Shown: piece by piece, positions 39,345 through 48,339 of the stretch
How positions within the stretch are numbered: the first letter of the stretch is position 1
Layout of the letters: every line of letters begins with the position of its first letter
NCBI GenBank assembly: GCA_016795155.1
Contig: JAEUIE010000005.1
Coordinates: forward strand, 130,294 to 194,293
Direction of reading: 5' to 3'
DNA from: Planctomycetia bacterium
GTDB lineage: Bacteria; Planctomycetota; Planctomycetia; Gemmatales; HRBIN36
DNA: 64,000 bases
The notes under the pieces: model-generated
The model's database searches: none
The model's input: the letters and a program-made list of their open reading frames with translations, nothing else
What the model was told of the DNA's origin: nothing
Position numbers and translations under genes: made by a program

Positions 39345-40319
39345 TTATTTGCTGACATGCCCCTGGACAGGCAGTTCGACAGTCGAGTTATCAAGATCAG
39401 TAAGAATTTTGATCTTCTTAACCAGTTCGCCTGCTTCGGCATTGCCTGAGTAGGTGATTTTGAGCACATGGGCCACCTTGGCTTCGTCTGTTTTGGTTTG
39501 ATCAATGCTCAAAGTATTGTCGAGGCCTTCGACGCCTGTGATTTTGAAGGGCTTGGCACCACGGATCACGATTTTCTTTTCAACCGTGCTGGTTCCGAGT
39601 TTGCCCAGGTTCAGCGTTTGTGGCGTTACAGCCAGTGAACCCTGAATTTCCACGCTCATGGGAATGCGAATGCGCGGGGTGGTTGGGTCGTTAGTCACCA
39701 AACCAATGCTGGCATGCCAGAAACCGGCAGGGGTGTCTTCACGCAGGCGAACCGTCAGTCGATAACTGTTAGGCTGAGTGCCATTCGGGTCAATTCTGGT
39801 CTGCAGGTAGCCATTTTCATTTTCGATACCGGTGATGCGCCAGCCTGAGAAGGCACGGTGTTCCACTACGACGGATTGTGAGGGAGCAGCACCGAGTTTG
39901 ACTTTGCCAAACTGGATGGAATCAGGACTGAGAGTAATGTCATCGCGGCTGACGGTTTTCAACATCAGCCTGGTTTCGGCAGCGTAGGGGCGATCAAAAG
40001 CGACATAAATGGTGAAATCGCGAGTGCCGCTGTACAGAATGGTGTTCACTTCCACCATGACGGAGGATGATTCGCCGGGGGCGATTTCTTCTTTGACAGC
40101 GCGGGCTGTCGCACAGTGGCAGGAAGTGCGTGTGTTCGAGATGTGAACCGATTGCTGGGTGTTGTTGGTGAACTTGAAATGATGGACGAGTTTGGTGCCA
40201 CGAGGCACGCCACCTACGTCTTTGACCGATTCTTCAAAGCTGAGAACAAGGTTATCGGCGGCGAAAAGATACGATGGCGCCAGCAGCGCGAACAGCAGGG
40301 TAAAACGAGAACGGAACAT
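39345..40319 (-). CDS. DUF1573 domain-containing exported protein
   Basis: Signal peptide MFRSRFTLLFALLAPSYLFA. Motif HHFKFTNNTQQSVHISNTRTSCHCATA, typical of DUF1573. Ig-like beta repeats follow. Confidence 0.75.
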   Translation of the reverse strand: MFRSRFTLLFALLAPSYLFAADNLVLSFEESVKDVGGVPRGTKLVHHFKFTNNTQQSVHISNTRTSCHCATARAVKEEIAPGESSSVMVEVNTILYSGTRDFTIYVAFDRPYAAETRLMLKTVSRDDITLSPDSIQFGKVKLGAAPSQSVVVEHRAFSGWRITGIENENGYLQTRIDPNGTQPNSYRLTVRLREDTPAGFWHASIGLVTNDPTTPRIRIPMSVEIQGSLAVTPQTLNLGKLGTSTVEKKIVIRGAKPFKITGVEGLDNTLSIDQTKTDEAKVAHVLKITYSGNAEAGELVKKIKILTDLDNSTVELPVQGHVSK

Positions 40320-40532
40320 GCCGACCTCTGATGGCACAGAGACTCAAACCCCCACCAATCAGTGAACGACAGCGTGTGTGCGTCAGCACGGAGCGTCCAG
40401 CTTACATTAAGCTCGACTGATCGGCGATGCACTAATTTTTCCACCACCCAGCAGAATAGTCAAAAAAGAGCACCTACACCAGACATAAACGACAGACTTT
40501 TTCGGAAGGGTCATAGCGTAGCGGTAAACTGA

Positions 40533-41393
40533 TCATCCTGGGTAAGCTTTTCCGGATGCAAGCTGATTAGCAGATTCACCAAGGGCACGGGCGAGTACCA
40601 GCACGCGAACGCTGCCTGCACCCGCCTGTAATAGTGCCCTGGCACAGGCATCAGCCGTGCTGCCGGTAGTCATTACATCATCAATGAGCAGAACATGTTG
40701 ACCACGGAAACGAATGGGAATACTTGCTTTCATCGCTTGCATCAGGTTTTTGCGGCGCTGGGATGGAGTGACTGAAGCCTGCAGGGGAGTTCGACTGGTT
40801 CGCCAGAGCCACCAGGTTCGTAACGGTTTTTGCAAGACGCGGGATACGGCCGATGCCATCACTTCGGCCTGGTTGTAACCACGCCAGAAACGACGCGACC
40901 AGTGCAATGGGACGGGAACAATAGCGTCAACCGGCCACTGGTTCAGTTGTGGCTGAAACTGTTTAGCCAGCATCGTTGCACTGTGGAAAGCCAGGGATTC
41001 GTTCGCTTGGTGTTTCAGTTGCAGTATGAGGGATCGCAAAGGTTGCTGGTAGCCACCCCAGGCCAGTGCTGCGGCAAATGTATAGTCTTCGTCCTGGCAG
41101 TGTGGACAATTGACCGCGTTGGCTGGCATGGTCGGAAAAGGAGCCGCACAGCGTGGGCATTGCGACTGCAGCAAATGGTTACATTGTATCCGGCAGGATT
41201 CGCAGAAAGGCTCGCGATCTTCAGGAGCATGGTGTTTATCGCACAGATGGCAGCAAGGCGGATAGACTAGATCACCCAAACCCTGCGACAGCGATACAAT
41301 CCAGGGTTGATGCAGAATCAAGTCAATTGGCCTTTCAGATTTCCTGGTCGCCGCCGATGGAGGTATGTCCCTTGTGATGATGCTTCTTGCCAT
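40533..41393 (-). CDS. comF: ComF family protein (phosphoribosyltransferase domain)
   Basis: N-terminal Cys pairs (PPCCHLC...FCESC...CPRC...CPHC) and the PRTase motif VLLIDDVMTTGST. The start is uncertain: ATG 41435, ATG 41393, or TTG 41321. Only TTG 41321 avoids overlap with hpf. Confidence 0.75.
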   Translation of the reverse strand: MARSIITRDIPPSAATRKSERPIDLILHQPWIVSLSQGLGDLVYPPCCHLCDKHHAPEDREPFCESCRIQCNHLLQSQCPRCAAPFPTMPANAVNCPHCQDEDYTFAAALAWGGYQQPLRSLILQLKHQANESLAFHSATMLAKQFQPQLNQWPVDAIVPVPLHWSRRFWRGYNQAEVMASAVSRVLQKPLRTWWLWRTSRTPLQASVTPSQRRKNLMQAMKASIPIRFRGQHVLLIDDVMTTGSTADACARALLQAGAGSVRVLVLARALGESANQLASGKAYPG

Positions 41394-41685
41394 AGGTGCG
41401 GTCAAGCATCGTTTCCATTTTTTCTGCAGCAGCACTGACAGCTTCGATCACGGTACCAGCCAGGTGCGTTACAGCAACGGGAGTCCGCCCAGCAGGTCGT
41501 GCTTCCAGTACGCATTTCTTATCATCGCCACGATCTTTGTGGCTGTTTTCATCATGCACAAAGACATCGACCCGGGTCAGGTGTTCCGTGAACCGGCTCA
41601 AGGTATGAGTGACAATGGAGGTTATCTGTTCATTCTGTTCGCTATCGCCCTGGCTGTTTTTGTCCAAGTGAATCTGTATCTGCAT
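41335..41685 (-). CDS. hpf: HPF/RaiA-family ribosome-associated (hibernation) protein, short form
   Basis: MQIQIHLDKN...ITSIVTHTLSRFTEHLTRVDVFVHDENSHKDRGDDKKCVLEARPAGRTPVAVTH...AVSAAAEKMETML matches the short HPF/YfiA pattern. Confidence 0.75.
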   Translation of the reverse strand: MQIQIHLDKNSQGDSEQNEQITSIVTHTLSRFTEHLTRVDVFVHDENSHKDRGDDKKCVLEARPAGRTPVAVTHLAGTVIEAVSAAAEKMETMLDRTYGKKHHHKGHTSIGGDQEI

Positions 41686-41748
41686 ATTGTTCTCCTTGTA
41701 AGTGTTTCGTTTTCCGCATTACAAAGGTTCATGGCACAAGTTGGACTA

Positions 41749-42699
41749 TCATGGGGAAGCAGATGTCAATTTATCCTTAAGAAAATCTGCAATGGTTCGG
41801 TATTTTCCTTGCGCACCCGGATACATCAAGTGCGCTTCCACTCCCAGAGCATCACAGCGTTTTTTCAGTTCCAGACCATGATTGACATGATGGACCATCC
41901 AGTTGCGGGCTGCCATTTTATCTTCAGGCACTGGTGCATCAGGCGACATGGAATAGCCCATGAAGATGGTAGGATCGTCTTTACTGATCAGTTTCAGTGC
42001 TGCAACTTTGTTGACCTTGATGGATAACTCATCGTCTGTGCGGGCATCGAACATATTTCAGATGTTGTGAGTCGGGTTGCTGGCGTTGGGAATGTGCTTG
42101 CTCCACCAGTCCAAATCCATGGTGACCTGTCCTCCATTGGTGGCGACACAGCACAAGCGAGTCGATTCCCGTTTGAGTGGATCGGAACTTCTCGCATCAG
42201 CCTGGTCATCATGAAATGCCAGATACATGACGAGTTGTGCGCCTGCAGAGCCACCAAACCCGCCAACCCTGGTTTTGTCGATATTCCATTCCGAATGTTT
42301 GGACCGAAGAAACTGAATAGCCTGCACGCAATCTTCGAATGCACCAGGCAACGGTGCATGTTGAAGCAAACGATAATTCACTGCTGCAACGGAAACACCT
42401 GACCGTAACAGTTCATTCAGTGTGTTGTCGTTCAGCGAACGCTTATCGCCATTCACGAAACCGCCACCATGAATGAAGATAGCAAGCGGGGCTGGTTTTT
42501 CTTTAACGGAAGGCGTTTGCCAGAAGTCGAGAACGTTCCGCTCGTGGCTTCCATAGCGAACATCGGCATGGGTTGGTTCCGGTCTGTTTCTGGTGGGAAC
42601 GAGCGGTGTGGCTTTCTTTTTTTCTTGTGCCAAGAGTGGTTTGTACCAGGTCAGAAACAGCAGTATCAGGATGCAACCGTAACACGCCAGGTTCTGCAT
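41749..42699 (-). pseudogene. alpha/beta hydrolase (esterase/lipase-like) interrupted by one in-frame TGA
   Basis: ORFs 42058..42699 and 41749..42054 are in the same frame, joined by ...THNI-TGA-N-MFDAR... (TGA at 42058-42060). The upstream part has a signal peptide, the HGGG oxyanion motif (FIHGGGF) and the nucleophile elbow GGSAGA. Candidate Asp and His residues (DDPTIFMGYS, WMVHHVNHG) lie in the downstream part. Confidence 0.65.
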
Positions 42700-42828
42700 A
42701 CATCTCCTCCGAAGGTCTTTTTAGCGTACCGTGTGAAAGAGCAACACTCAACGAGAAAGCACTGCGAAACTCCGCCTTGACCAAAATGGAACTGATGGTA
42801 TCACTCCGCTGCTTGTGGAGGATAGCGC

Positions 42829-43605
42829 ATGCCGAGTCTGAAATTCGCTACACAGTGTATATTACTCATCTTGTTTAGCCCTTTGCTTGCAGGCTGTGCT
42901 CACTTTGGTGACGATTTCACTGCTTACAACGAAAAAGGTGAGTGGTGGGATATGGGGTACAAGTTCGATCTGATGTGGAACCAGGGTGGTGAACCACTTC
43001 AAGTGATGGCTAACAGCCAGGATGGTGACTTGCGTCGCCGGGCCATCATGCGGATGAGCGAGCCGAGTGACCCGAAAGAACGTGAACACTACATCACAGT
43101 ATTATCGACGGCAGCCCGAGCAGAACGGGATGCCATCTGTCGGCTGGCCGCCGTGCAGCAACTGGGCACTTATAAAGACCCGGCAGCAACTCAGGCACTG
43201 ATTGCAGCTTATAGTGTACCTGCCAATATGCAGGACAAAAATGGGGTGATTCAGGTAGCGGTAGTGCAGGCGCTGGGTAAGAAGAAAGACCCTGCAGCGA
43301 TCGAAACACTGACTGCAGCGCTGGATCCGAAAAACCAGGAAGATTTGCGTGCTGCAGCGGCACGGTCACTGGGGCAGTATCCCGATTACAAGACATCAAG
43401 CGCCTTGCTGGCATCCTTGAAGCAGGAACGGAGCACAGCAGTACGCTACGAAGTGCACCAATCGCTGGTGAAGATCACCGGTCGCACGGTACCACCCGAT
43501 GCGGTAGCTTGGGAACAGGAATTTCAAAAGGCTGCTGCCACCGGAGAACCATTGATGAAGGAACCGAATGCCTTCATCAAACTGGTCAACTGGTGGAGCG
43601 AGTAG
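42829..43605 (+). CDS. HEAT-repeat lipoprotein
   Basis: Lipobox LLAGC. Repeated HEAT-like units (RRRAIMRMSE, RLAAVQQLG, VAVVQALGKKKDPAAIETL, RAAAARSLGQ, VRYEVHQSLVKI). Confidence 0.65.
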   Translation: MPSLKFATQCILLILFSPLLAGCAHFGDDFTAYNEKGEWWDMGYKFDLMWNQGGEPLQVMANSQDGDLRRRAIMRMSEPSDPKEREHYITVLSTAARAERDAICRLAAVQQLGTYKDPAATQALIAAYSVPANMQDKNGVIQVAVVQALGKKKDPAAIETLTAALDPKNQEDLRAAAARSLGQYPDYKTSSALLASLKQERSTAVRYEVHQSLVKITGRTVPPDAVAWEQEFQKAAATGEPLMKEPNAFIKLVNWWSE

Positions 43606-43606
43606 C

Positions 43607-44785
43607 TTAACGCTCAACGATCTGCAGTTTGAACTTGTTGACGAGGCTGAGAAGCTCTTCCATCTCAGCCTTGTTCACTTTGTACTTTTCCAGGCTCAGT
43701 TTCAGATCGTTCGCCAGGGCATCGTATTCCTCGCTGGTGATTTTCAGGCCACCATGGGTTTCTCGCATCGATTTGCCTTCATATTTCAACGGCCCTTGCG
43801 AAATAGTGCTGATCCACTGGACCAATCGTGACTTCAACTGTGTCACCTGGGCATCAGTAGCGGTCCATTCCTTGCCGGTGTTCCTGCGGGCGAAATTTAC
43901 CTTCGGATTGTTCATTGCACGAATGACGAAATCATCGACTACGAGAGTAATGGCTGTTTCGCCACCCAGTCGATCCCATAGCGGCTTGGTAATGATGCTG
44001 CTGTCCAGAATGCTGGGCTTTGTTTCCCCCATCCGCCGCATCAACTCATTCCGTTCAAAGGGGGATACGAAGAACTTATCGAGCGAAGCACGAAGGTCAT
44101 CCATCATGGCATTGAACTCAGGTTCAGAGATTTTCATCCTGCTGTGCAGCAGCTTGATATCCTGACCGGAGTATTGAACCGGGCCACCGGTAATGCTGCT
44201 CACAAACTGTAGCAGCTGTTTCTTTACCTTGTTGATATTTTCCGGGTTGGCTTCCCATTCCTGCCCGGTGCCACGCCGGGAAAAGTTCACGCGTGGATTC
44301 GCCAGGCTGCGAGCAACCCAGTCGTCGACAATGGGTTTCAGGGCTTCTTCGCCACCCATACGTTTCCAAAGGGTAAGCGTTTCAGCCGTGGAAGCTGGAG
44401 GGGTCTTGGCTGGGGGAGTTGCATCATTTTTCGACTGATGCGTATTCTTGATGGACGTACGGAGTTCATCAATAGCTGTGCGCAAAGCAAAGGCTCGATC
44501 AGCAACGTTGGTAATGCTGTCTGAGTCTTTCAATACCTGTTTGATTTTCGTCTGCGATTCGGGGCGATGATCGAGAAATCCAAGAATGCTCAGCAGGCTG
44601 CCCTGGTAGAGGCGATAGCAGGCATCATGTCCACCCCGGTTGTAGATATCGGTGCCGAGTTTGAGTACTTCGTACAACTGGTTTTCAATGCGGGCATCGA
44701 GGTCTTTAGGAGAATAGGGTTGAGCGAGAAGAGTGCCAGACTGCACCAGTAACACCATTGCAAGGCTGCCAATTAGCCGGTACAT
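43607..44785 (-). CDS. exported protein with two tandem group-I truncated-haemoglobin-like domains
   Basis: Signal peptide MYRLIGSLAMVLLVQSGTLLAQP. Two repeats are LWKRMGGEEALKPIVDDWVARSLANPRVNF...LHSRMKISEPEFNAMMDDL and LWDRLGGETAITLVVDDFVIRAMNNPKVNF...MRETHGGLKITSEEYDALANDL. They align by eye to the trHbN pattern (IYDKIGGHEAIEVVVEDFY...MKQVHQGRGIT..HF). Confidence 0.7.
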   Translation of the reverse strand: MYRLIGSLAMVLLVQSGTLLAQPYSPKDLDARIENQLYEVLKLGTDIYNRGGHDACYRLYQGSLLSILGFLDHRPESQTKIKQVLKDSDSITNVADRAFALRTAIDELRTSIKNTHQSKNDATPPAKTPPASTAETLTLWKRMGGEEALKPIVDDWVARSLANPRVNFSRRGTGQEWEANPENINKVKKQLLQFVSSITGGPVQYSGQDIKLLHSRMKISEPEFNAMMDDLRASLDKFFVSPFERNELMRRMGETKPSILDSSIITKPLWDRLGGETAITLVVDDFVIRAMNNPKVNFARRNTGKEWTATDAQVTQLKSRLVQWISTISQGPLKYEGKSMRETHGGLKITSEEYDALANDLKLSLEKYKVNKAEMEELLSLVNKFKLQIVER

Positions 44786-44957
44786 AGGCCTACCCTCGGA
44801 ACAGGAAGTACCTCAACACTCTATCAGATAGATTGGCTGGATAACAGTGGTTCCAGTCTTGAGGCGAGTATTCATCAGAAGAAGACGCTGTATCTTCCCA
44901 TTTTGCTGGCAATTCAGTTAGGGAAAGTTATTCTGGTAATGTTCAACTGTAGCTGAA

Positions 44958-45473
44958 TTGAAGTGTGGCATGACATCGCTCAAGCCAATTACCCCGGCAG
45001 GCATTCCTGCAGCTATTGAAAAAGCCAGGCAATATCGTTCATTGAACGAGCCCGAAGCGGCGGAAAGCATTTGTCTGGATGTTTTGCTGATTGATCCCAA
45101 GCATCAGGATGCATTGATCATACTATTACTGACAATAACCGACATGTTTGATCAATCACTGACCAGCGGCGCTCAGAAGGCCAAAGAGGTACTTTATCAG
45201 CTTAATGATCCCTATCATCGGGCCTATTATCATGGCTTAATCTGTGAACGGCAGGCAGTGGCTCAGCTTAATCGAGGTGCACCCCAAGCCGGACAGGTTG
45301 CTTTTGAATGGCTCGAAGATGCCATGCATTGGTATCATGCTGCAGAAAGCATCAGGCCAGTGGGGAATGATGATGCCATTTTGCGATGGAATGCCTGTTA
45401 TCGACTGCTGGAACGCTACCCTGAGATCAGGCCTCTGCTGAATGATCAGGTTGAGCGCGGTACAGATTCATGA
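44958..45473 (+). CDS. TPR-like helical hypothetical protein
   Basis: 171-codon ORF (TTG at 44958; ATG alternative at 44970). Helical-repeat-like sequence (AIEKARQYRSLNEPEAAESICLDVLLIDPKHQDAL). ATGA overlap with yraN. Confidence 0.5.
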   Translation: MKCGMTSLKPITPAGIPAAIEKARQYRSLNEPEAAESICLDVLLIDPKHQDALIILLLTITDMFDQSLTSGAQKAKEVLYQLNDPYHRAYYHGLICERQAVAQLNRGAPQAGQVAFEWLEDAMHWYHAAESIRPVGNDDAILRWNACYRLLERYPEIRPLLNDQVERGTDS

Positions 45474-45877
45474 ACTCTCCCCGCATGCCCTGGTGGCGTC
45501 GCTGGTTTGGCAGACGTTCGGAACGACATGCAGAGCAATTCCTGCGGAAGAAGGGTTTCCGCATCCTGACGAGAAACTGGTCATGCCCGCTGGGTGAACT
45601 GGATCTCATCGCCAGGCAGGGGAATGTGCTGGTGTTTGTCGAAGTAAGATCCACATCGCACGAAACAGCAGAGTCAGCAATAGAATCAGTTAATCCGTCC
45701 AAACAGCGGCAACTGAGCCGACTGGCACTGGCGTTCATGAAGCAATACCGCTTGTTTGATGTAACAGCCCGGTTTGATGTAGTCGTACTTGCCTGGCCAG
45801 CCGAGGCAAAACAGCCTGTAATTCAACATTTCGAGAATGCGTTCGAGTCGACGATCAGCAGAAGTATGATGGGATAG
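45470..45877 (+). CDS. yraN: YraN family (UPF0102) endonuclease-like protein
   Basis: ERHAEQFLRKKGFRILTRNWSCPLGELDLIARQGNVLVFVEVRS...SVNPSKQRQL...RFDVVVL matches the YraN pattern. Confidence 0.85.
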   Translation: MNSPRMPWWRRWFGRRSERHAEQFLRKKGFRILTRNWSCPLGELDLIARQGNVLVFVEVRSTSHETAESAIESVNPSKQRQLSRLALAFMKQYRLFDVTARFDVVVLAWPAEAKQPVIQHFENAFESTISRSMMG

Positions 45878-45976
45878 TTGAATTGAAGAAAGGGAAATTA
45901 ACAGCAATCGGATACCAATCTCGAAATGTATAATTCATAATAGCCTATGACGATTCGCTGAGTGTTTTGGTGATAA

Positions 45977-48319
45977 ATGCGAAGAAGCTTGCAAATCAAC
46001 AGTTGGTGGAAGGGGAGTTCTTTCCTTACGCTGGTTGTCTGTCTGATTGGTCAGTCGTCAGTGGTGGCTCAAGGCGATCAACTCACTTTGGGTGCTGCAA
46101 TCTATAAGAAACAGTGCATTCGATGTCATGGGCAGCATGGAGAAGGGGTTAAAGACAAATACGCTTCGCCGCTGGAAGGCGATAAGAGCGTTACCCAGTT
46201 GGCACTGCAGATCAAAGAGACCATGCCAGAAAATAAACCCGATTCACTCACCACGCAGGAGTCGGAAGCGGTTGCCAAATATGTGCATGTAACCTTCTAC
46301 TCCAAGATTGCCCGTGAACGCAATAAGCCAGTACGTGCCGATTTGTCGCGATTGACAGTCAGACAATATCGCCTGGCTGTTGCAGATGTTATCGACCATA
46401 AGCTTGGTAAAGGCTGGTGGGGCGAGAAACGTGGCCTCAAAGGCGACTATTTCAATTTCAAGCATTGGCGGAATGACAAGAAAGTTTTGGAACGGGTTGA
46501 TCCCGCCATCGAGTTTGATTTTGGCACCAGCAGCCCGGTGCAGGGGAAAATGGAGGATTATGAATTCTATATCCACTGGTTCGGCGGGGTGCTGGCGACC
46601 GAGACTGGCTGGCACGATTTCATCATTAAGAGCAATCAAGCCTGCAGGCTGCATGTGAATCATGAAAACAAGCCGATCATTGATGCCTGGGTCAAATCAG
46701 GCAAGGATGATGAATTCAAGGCGAGCCTGTATCTGATTGCAGGGAAGGTTTATCCGATCAAACTTGAATTTTCCAAGGCCAAGCAGGGGGTCGATGATTC
46801 AGCCGATAAGAAAAAAGCAGCTGCGCCTGTGCCAGCCTACATCACCTTGAAATGGAAGCCGCCGGGTGGAGTCGTGCAAACCATTCCCGCACAGAACCTG
46901 ACGCCAGACTGGTTTCCTGAAAGTTATGTAGCATCCACGCCGTTCCCGCCTGATGATCGCAGTTACGGCTGGGAGCGAGGCAGTTCCATTTCCAAAGCCT
47001 GGGATCACGCGAGTACCGATGCTGCACTGGAAGCGACCAGTTATGTAGTCGAACGGATCGATAAGCTCGCAGGCATCAAGAATGGCGACAAGGTACGGGA
47101 TAAGAAAATCAAACAGTATTGCCAGTCATTCATGGAGCGGGCCTATCGTCGACCACTTTCCGAGGAGCAGAAAAGCCAGTTGGAGAAAGTCTTTGGAAAA
47201 GCAGCCAACTCCGAAGATGCACTGAAACGAATTGTCTTGACGACGCTGAAATCACCCCGGTTCCTTTATCGTGATCTGGATAACAAGGAGGAACAGTATG
47301 CCGTAGCGAGCCGTTTGTCCTTTGCCTTGTGGGATGCTCTCCCTGATGATGAACTGCTCAAGGCAGCGGCAGCAGGGAAACTCAAAACGCGGGAGCAGAT
47401 TGACCAGCAGGCCTGGCGCATGCTGAACGACCAGCGTGCTGTTGCCAAGCTGAACGAGTTCTTCCGGCACTGGCTCAAGATTGATCAGGTGCACGATCTA
47501 GCCAAGGATGCCAAGCGTTATCCAGGTTTCACCGATTTGCTGATTCAGGATTTACGAACATCCTTGAATCTGTTTCTCCATGATGTTGCATGGAGTAAGG
47601 ATTCGCAGTTCAAATCCCTGTTGCTCAGTGAAGAAATTTATCTCAATGAAAAACTGGCTAAGTTCTATCAAGTGAAGCAGAAAATCGAGGGTTTTCAGAA
47701 GGTGAAAATGGATGTCGGTCATCGTGCTGGTGTTCTAACGCATCCATACCTGATGTCGAGCTTTGCTTACGTGAGTGAGACATCGCCCATCCATCGTGGA
47801 GTATTTCTGGCCCGTGGCATACTTGGCATTACCTTGAAGCCACCGATGGAAGCGTTTACGCCATTACCTGCCGAGTTGCATCCGACACTTTCTACACGGG
47901 AACGTGTATCCCTGCAAACCAAACAGCAGGCCTGCATGAGTTGCCACACCATCATCAATCCTCTTGGTTTTACCATGGAGCATTTTGATGCTGTGGGACG
48001 ATTTCGGGAAAAGGACAACGGTAAACCGATTGATGCCACGGGAGCCTACTTCACGCGAACGGGGAAACTGGTCAAGTTTGCAGGTGTTCGTGATCTGGCT
48101 GAGTACCTGGCCAACAGCCCGGAAGTGCATGAAGCGTTTGTCGAGCAGTTGTTCCATCACATGGTCAAGCAGCCGATACGTGCGTATGGTGTGAACAAGC
48201 GAACTGAATTGACAGCAGCTTTTACCCAGAGCAACTTACACATCAAGAATCTGATGGTTCAGATTGCAGTGAATGCGGCTCTCCCCGAACCAGGCGCTAC
48301 AGCACAATCGTCTCGATAA
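45977..48319 (+). CDS. DUF1592/DUF1588/DUF1585-type protein with N-terminal cytochrome c and a PA14-like insert
   Basis: Signal peptide, CIRCHGQHG (CxxCH) and a PA14-like segment (GLKGDYFNF...IEFDFG...IKLEF). A second C-terminal CxxCH (CMSCHTIINPLGF), typical of the Planctomycete DUF1592 family that pairs with DUF1552. Confidence 0.8.
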   Translation: MRRSLQINSWWKGSSFLTLVVCLIGQSSVVAQGDQLTLGAAIYKKQCIRCHGQHGEGVKDKYASPLEGDKSVTQLALQIKETMPENKPDSLTTQESEAVAKYVHVTFYSKIARERNKPVRADLSRLTVRQYRLAVADVIDHKLGKGWWGEKRGLKGDYFNFKHWRNDKKVLERVDPAIEFDFGTSSPVQGKMEDYEFYIHWFGGVLATETGWHDFIIKSNQACRLHVNHENKPIIDAWVKSGKDDEFKASLYLIAGKVYPIKLEFSKAKQGVDDSADKKKAAAPVPAYITLKWKPPGGVVQTIPAQNLTPDWFPESYVASTPFPPDDRSYGWERGSSISKAWDHASTDAALEATSYVVERIDKLAGIKNGDKVRDKKIKQYCQSFMERAYRRPLSEEQKSQLEKVFGKAANSEDALKRIVLTTLKSPRFLYRDLDNKEEQYAVASRLSFALWDALPDDELLKAAAAGKLKTREQIDQQAWRMLNDQRAVAKLNEFFRHWLKIDQVHDLAKDAKRYPGFTDLLIQDLRTSLNLFLHDVAWSKDSQFKSLLLSEEIYLNEKLAKFYQVKQKIEGFQKVKMDVGHRAGVLTHPYLMSSFAYVSETSPIHRGVFLARGILGITLKPPMEAFTPLPAELHPTLSTRERVSLQTKQQACMSCHTIINPLGFTMEHFDAVGRFREKDNGKPIDATGAYFTRTGKLVKFAGVRDLAEYLANSPEVHEAFVEQLFHHMVKQPIRAYGVNKRTELTAAFTQSNLHIKNLMVQIAVNAALPEPGATAQSSR

Positions 48320-48339
48320 GACTTTGACAGGAAAGAATC

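Noticed and set aside
39233-39505. 90-aa minus-strand ORF overlapping the 3' end of the DUF1573 gene and the terminator and TATACAC region.
   Set aside because: It overlaps a better-supported CDS in another frame and runs through hairpin and repeat DNA, with no motif. It is likely spurious.
41335-41435. Apparent 100-nt overlap between hpf and comF as a functional overlapping-gene arrangement.
   Set aside because: It most likely results from over-extension of the comF ORF. An in-frame TTG at 41321, just downstream of the hpf stop, gives a ComF of normal length without overlap.
42055-42060. The in-frame TGA in the esterase-like gene as a selenocysteine codon.
   Set aside because: Alpha/beta hydrolases of this type are not known selenoproteins and the position is not catalytic. 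I could not see a convincing SECIS-like stem-loop in the 40 nt or so after the TGA. A nonsense mutation or sequencing error is more parsimonious.
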